Shown one piece after another: positions 60,551 through 64,000 of a DNA stretch of 64,000 bases. The notes beneath the pieces are model-generated. The model searched no databases and had not been told where the DNA came from. It was given only the letters and a program-made list of their open reading frames with translations. Each line of letters begins with the position of its first letter. Position 1 is the stretch's first letter. The DNA comes from Azolla caroliniana (taxonomy: Eukaryota > Plantae > Polypodiophyta): assembly GCA_043228905.1 (NCBI GenBank), contig JBHGNT010000008.1, positions 22,010,001 to 22,074,000 on the forward strand, written 5' to 3'. The position numbers and the translations under genes are program-made.

Positions 60551-61470
60551 CCCGTTTGCACATAGTAAATCATTGGGACCCAATACATATTGAGGGAAAG
60601 AACATTGACAATTACTTAAATGATGTGTATAGACCTGAACGACATTAGGAATCTAACCTTTATGGTCTACAGCTTTAGCTTTGCTGTCGTGCTCTTTCCG
60701 TTGGAGCTTTCAACATTGCTCTTTTAGTATGACCCTTCTTTTTGCAGAATACGCAAAAAGGATGTTGTCACTTACAATCGCGATCCATGAATTCGTTGGG
60801 TGGCTTGCGTTTCCCAACGAATTGCGACTGCTTAGTCTCGGGCGCTTCGTTGGGTTTGTTTTGGTCCTTCTTTAAAGTACATTGATAGCGAAGAACTATT
60901 TCAACGGCCTCTTCGAAGGATTTTGGATCCTTATCGTGCACTATCCAGTGATAGTCTGAATTGGGGATGCCATTGACAAAACAAACTATTAACCAATTGT
61001 CCCCTTCTAGACCCGATTTTTGGATTTGGGTTCTAGCATGGTGAACATAGTCTTCTAGCGAGGAAAACTTCCTGTTAGAGAGGTTCATTAAAGCTTGTGT
61101 TGCCTCGGTTCAAGAGGGAGGTTGAAGAAATTGGCCCTTAAAAACTGTGACAAAATCTGTCTAGGTATCGGGCAATTTCCCCAAAGTTCGGAGCCCACGC
61201 CACCAGGCGGCGGCCTTACCCCCTAGTTCTCGGCCGACATATGCAATCTTCGTACTATTTGGCGTGGGATAGAGCTCAAAATGAAACTCCCATCAGCCCA
61301 GCCACGTGCAGATTGCTTCTTCGGTTCTTTCCTTTTTTTCTCCCGTAAATGGTTTAACGACAAACGATGATTCACCTTGTCGCTCATCAGGTCTATTAGT
61401 CTCACGTTGTAAACTAATGACACGTGCCTCGAGAGCACTTTGAGATTGCCGAAGTTCGGTCATCTGTTGA
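60551..61470 (-). pseudogene. A gag, decayed
   Basis: Minus-strand reading VKPFTGEKK...KAAAWWRG...CFVNGI...DPKSFEEAVEI, leading into the protease. Confidence 0.75.
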
Positions 61471-61524
61471 GTAGTGAAACTAAGGTATTGGCTTATTTAT
61501 GAAAAATACATCTCAATGGACATT

Positions 61525-62506
61525 TGTGGACAATTCACAGCAATATGTGGACAATTCACAGCAATATGCCCTGGACCACCACAATAGAGGCATAGACGAT
61601 TCGCTCGTCGTCATTGCTTTTCAACATCCGATAATGGTCCTCGACGTCGTGTTGTCTCGATCTCCATTGGAGTAGGGCCTTCCACCACACTTGACTTTGA
61701 TACTTGGGGTGGAGTTGCAACCACCGAAGCATATGTTTCTGTTGGTCGGAAGCGTAACATTTGTTGGCACTCAGAACGCCGCCCAAATAAGCGATTGTCA
61801 CATCGCACGGCCCAACTTACAGCTTCAGTAAGAGATTTTGGATCATCATGGAAGGTAAGAAGTAAATCCTTCACATCATTGCGCAGGCCTTGACGAAATT
61901 GGTCCATTAATGCCGCCTCATCCCATGGAATATCACATGCTAGAAGGCGAAAATCTGCAGCATAAGCTGAAGCGGGACGATCTCCTTGTCGTAATCGCCT
62001 AATTTTGTTTATTGTAGTCCTCATACTATCAATGTCTCCAAAGTTGGCTTGGAACTCATTAATAAACCCTTCAAAATCTTCTAATAATGGTGAGTGCTTC
62101 TCTAGGAGTGGTGCAAACCACGCTAATGCAGTACTCGTTAACAAGGTACCAACTAGACACACACGAGCAACATCAATTGGGTAACAGCTAGGATGCAATT
62201 TAATCACAAGTCGTACCTGATTTAAAAATCCACGAAATTGAGACCTTGTACCATCAAACTTGGCCGACAGACTAATCTTGGGTTCCTTCGACGAGGTTTG
62301 AACTTCCGCCGCTTCTTGTTGCAATAGAGTAGTCTCCAATTGATGCACCCGTTGAGATAATTCTTCATATTGTTGTACTTTCTTAGCACTTGTTGTAGGT
62401 CTCCCAACAATCTTTGATTTTCATGCTCTAGTGCCACGAATTTGGTTGTTAGCATTTCGAGCTCGGAAAGAACACGCATATATTCTTGCTTGCTAACGAA
62501 CTCCAT
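61525..62506 (-). pseudogene. Gag of truncated chromovirus H (Tcn1-like)
   Basis: EPKISLSAKFDGTRSQFRGFL...ALAWF...LRQGDRPASAYAADF...GPTPMEI, then CLYCGGPGHIAVNC; no pol follows. Confidence 0.88.
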
Positions 62507-62599
62507 AGTTGCGACAGAAAATTGCTAGATTTGCCTGAATAAGGTTAAGATAAGAAGAAGAAGTCGGAGAAGAAGAAAAGAGTTAGATTAGGTTCAAAC

Positions 62600-62970
62600 T
62601 GTCGTGACTTGAGAATAGGAGAGAGATAAATAAGATGACAATAGAAGGTAGAGGGAGAGAGAGAGAGAGAGAGAGAGAAAGAAAGAACACTAGAAATGGA
62701 AAAAGAGTTTATATTATAGGAGAGCAAGGATTACAAAGAGTAGGCTAAGGGGCTACAAACTGGTGTTGAACCGAATAAGTTGTGATGAATGAATAGACAC
62801 CTATTTATAGGTCCTTATAGAGTATTCTAGAATGTTCTAGAATATTTTAGATATTTATGATATTTAATATAATAATGGAATATCCTAGAATGTTCTGGAA
62901 TACTCTAGAATGTTCTAGAATACTCTAAATATCTTATAATAACTAATAATACATTTATCATAACTATACA
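62600..62970 (-). repeat. Probable 5' LTR of H
   Basis: TG...CA bounded; TATA (CTATAAATAGG on the minus strand, 62800-62810); TTCTAGAA arrays; upstream of gag. Single copy, so the ends are inferred. Confidence 0.6.
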
Positions 62971-63484
62971 TCATATATGTTAGTATAATGGTTAAAGGTC
63001 TAACATATAGACCAAGACGTCTTGGGCTTGAATCCTTGTAAGGCCAAAATGTATGTTGTCATGACATTGACCTCTTACACATACGACACCAAACGCATAT
63101 CATTTACATAGAAATCAAGCTATTGACCTCATACGCAAATGTAACATATGTATGTCATAATACACAATTGAGGTATTAACCTCGTACACATACGACCCTA
63201 ATCACATATTAAATATATGTCAAATGAGGTATTGACCTCGTGCACATATGTAAACGTTTTATATAACCAATTAATTACCACTACAACATCATTGAATTAA
63301 TGAAAAAAAAATTACATATGACCATATACATGATTAGAAGGGAGAAGAAAAAATAGAAAAAAAAAACAAGAAAGATTACCGAAGTTCCTTTGTTGGTCGT
63401 TGTCTGAATCAAGGCCGACCGCACATCGATCGATCACCATCAATCAAGAAGACAAAAGACAACAAAAAAAACATTAGAACATGA

Positions 63485-63496
63485 GCTCTAAAACCA
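63485..63496 (-). promoter_or_regulatory. Degenerate tRNA-iMet PBS of A
   Basis: Minus strand TGGTTTTAGAGC vs canonical TGGTATCAGAGC, 2 nt from the LTR. Confidence 0.75.
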
Positions 63497-63498
63497 AT

Positions 63499-63926
63499 TA
63501 TTAGAGATATGCCCTAATGTAAGCATATGATAAGGATAAAAGATAGATAGATAGAAAGGAGAGAGAGAAAGAAGGGTGTCGATCCACCCGACCACCCTCG
63601 AGCAAAGGGATCGAGACGGACTCAAGCCTCGATAAGCGTCCTATACCACCGTCGTGGCGTCGAGTCGTACCTGGTGCTGGCGCGCTCACTACAAGAGTTG
63701 ACCCACCACAAGAACAGAGTCTCGACGTAGTCAAAAGATGATGAAATGAGGGTAGCTAAGCCTCTTATTTATAGTGATACCCAAGGCCCCCAGACAAGTT
63801 CAAACTTGGCCCAATGGGTTGTCTCAATCCCGAGGATTAAAAGTAATCATCCCCTTCTTTATACTCTCCTATAGAATACTACGGTAAATTCTCACCACGA
63901 GATATTATATGGTCATGCCCGTAACA
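63499..63926 (-). repeat. Chromovirus A 5' LTR
   Basis: Repeat of 8529-8983 with a ~27-bp deletion; followed by TSD ATTTC. Confidence 0.92.
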
Positions 63927-64000
63927 ATTTCGGTTGCCAATTTCAACTCAACCAAGTCTTGCAGTTGATTATATATTTAGGATTTTAGTTGTAACTTTTA

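Larger units (their letters stand above)
8529..63926 (-). mobile_element. Ty3/Gypsy chromovirus A, outermost host of the nest
   Basis: LTRs 8529-8983 and 63499-63926; TSD ATTTC at 8524-8528 and 63927-63931; gag/PR/RT/RH/IN/chromodomain pieces are colinear once the inserts are removed. Confidence 0.93.

Noticed and set aside
61611-62348. Domesticated Gag gene (PEG10/RTL-like)
   Set aside because: Frameshifted, contains a stop and sits beside an LTR-like sequence; it is retrotransposon gag

Overview
Plant heterochromatin, probably from a moss or other non-seed plant (inferred from the element lineages), made almost entirely of LTR retrotransposons. I see no host gene, rRNA, tRNA gene or CRISPR array. 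A free-standing decayed Copia lies at 918-6078 (TSD ATGTA). It is followed by one 55-kb nest whose outer shell is chromovirus A (8529-63926, TSD ATTTC). Branch 1 inside A: non-chromoviral Gypsy B (12023-34303) hosts a tRNA-Trp-primed, fungal-like Gypsy C1 and an intact, very young Copia E. Branch 2: Copia F > Gypsy remnant D' > Copia G > Gypsy D > Gypsy C2, six levels deep counting A. A truncated Tcn1-like chromovirus (H) sits in the gag of A. The most unusual signal is in the B/D/D' family: it has no polypurine tract. Instead, all three copies carry a 17-nt copy of a tRNA-Arg 3' end (ending CCA) 2 nt from the 3' LTR, which is a second primer-binding site on the opposite strand and suggests tRNA priming of both DNA strands. 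The same family has a conserved extra ORF downstream of pol. Boundaries and TSDs were read by eye; lineage names and tRNA identities come from recalled family knowledge, not searches.
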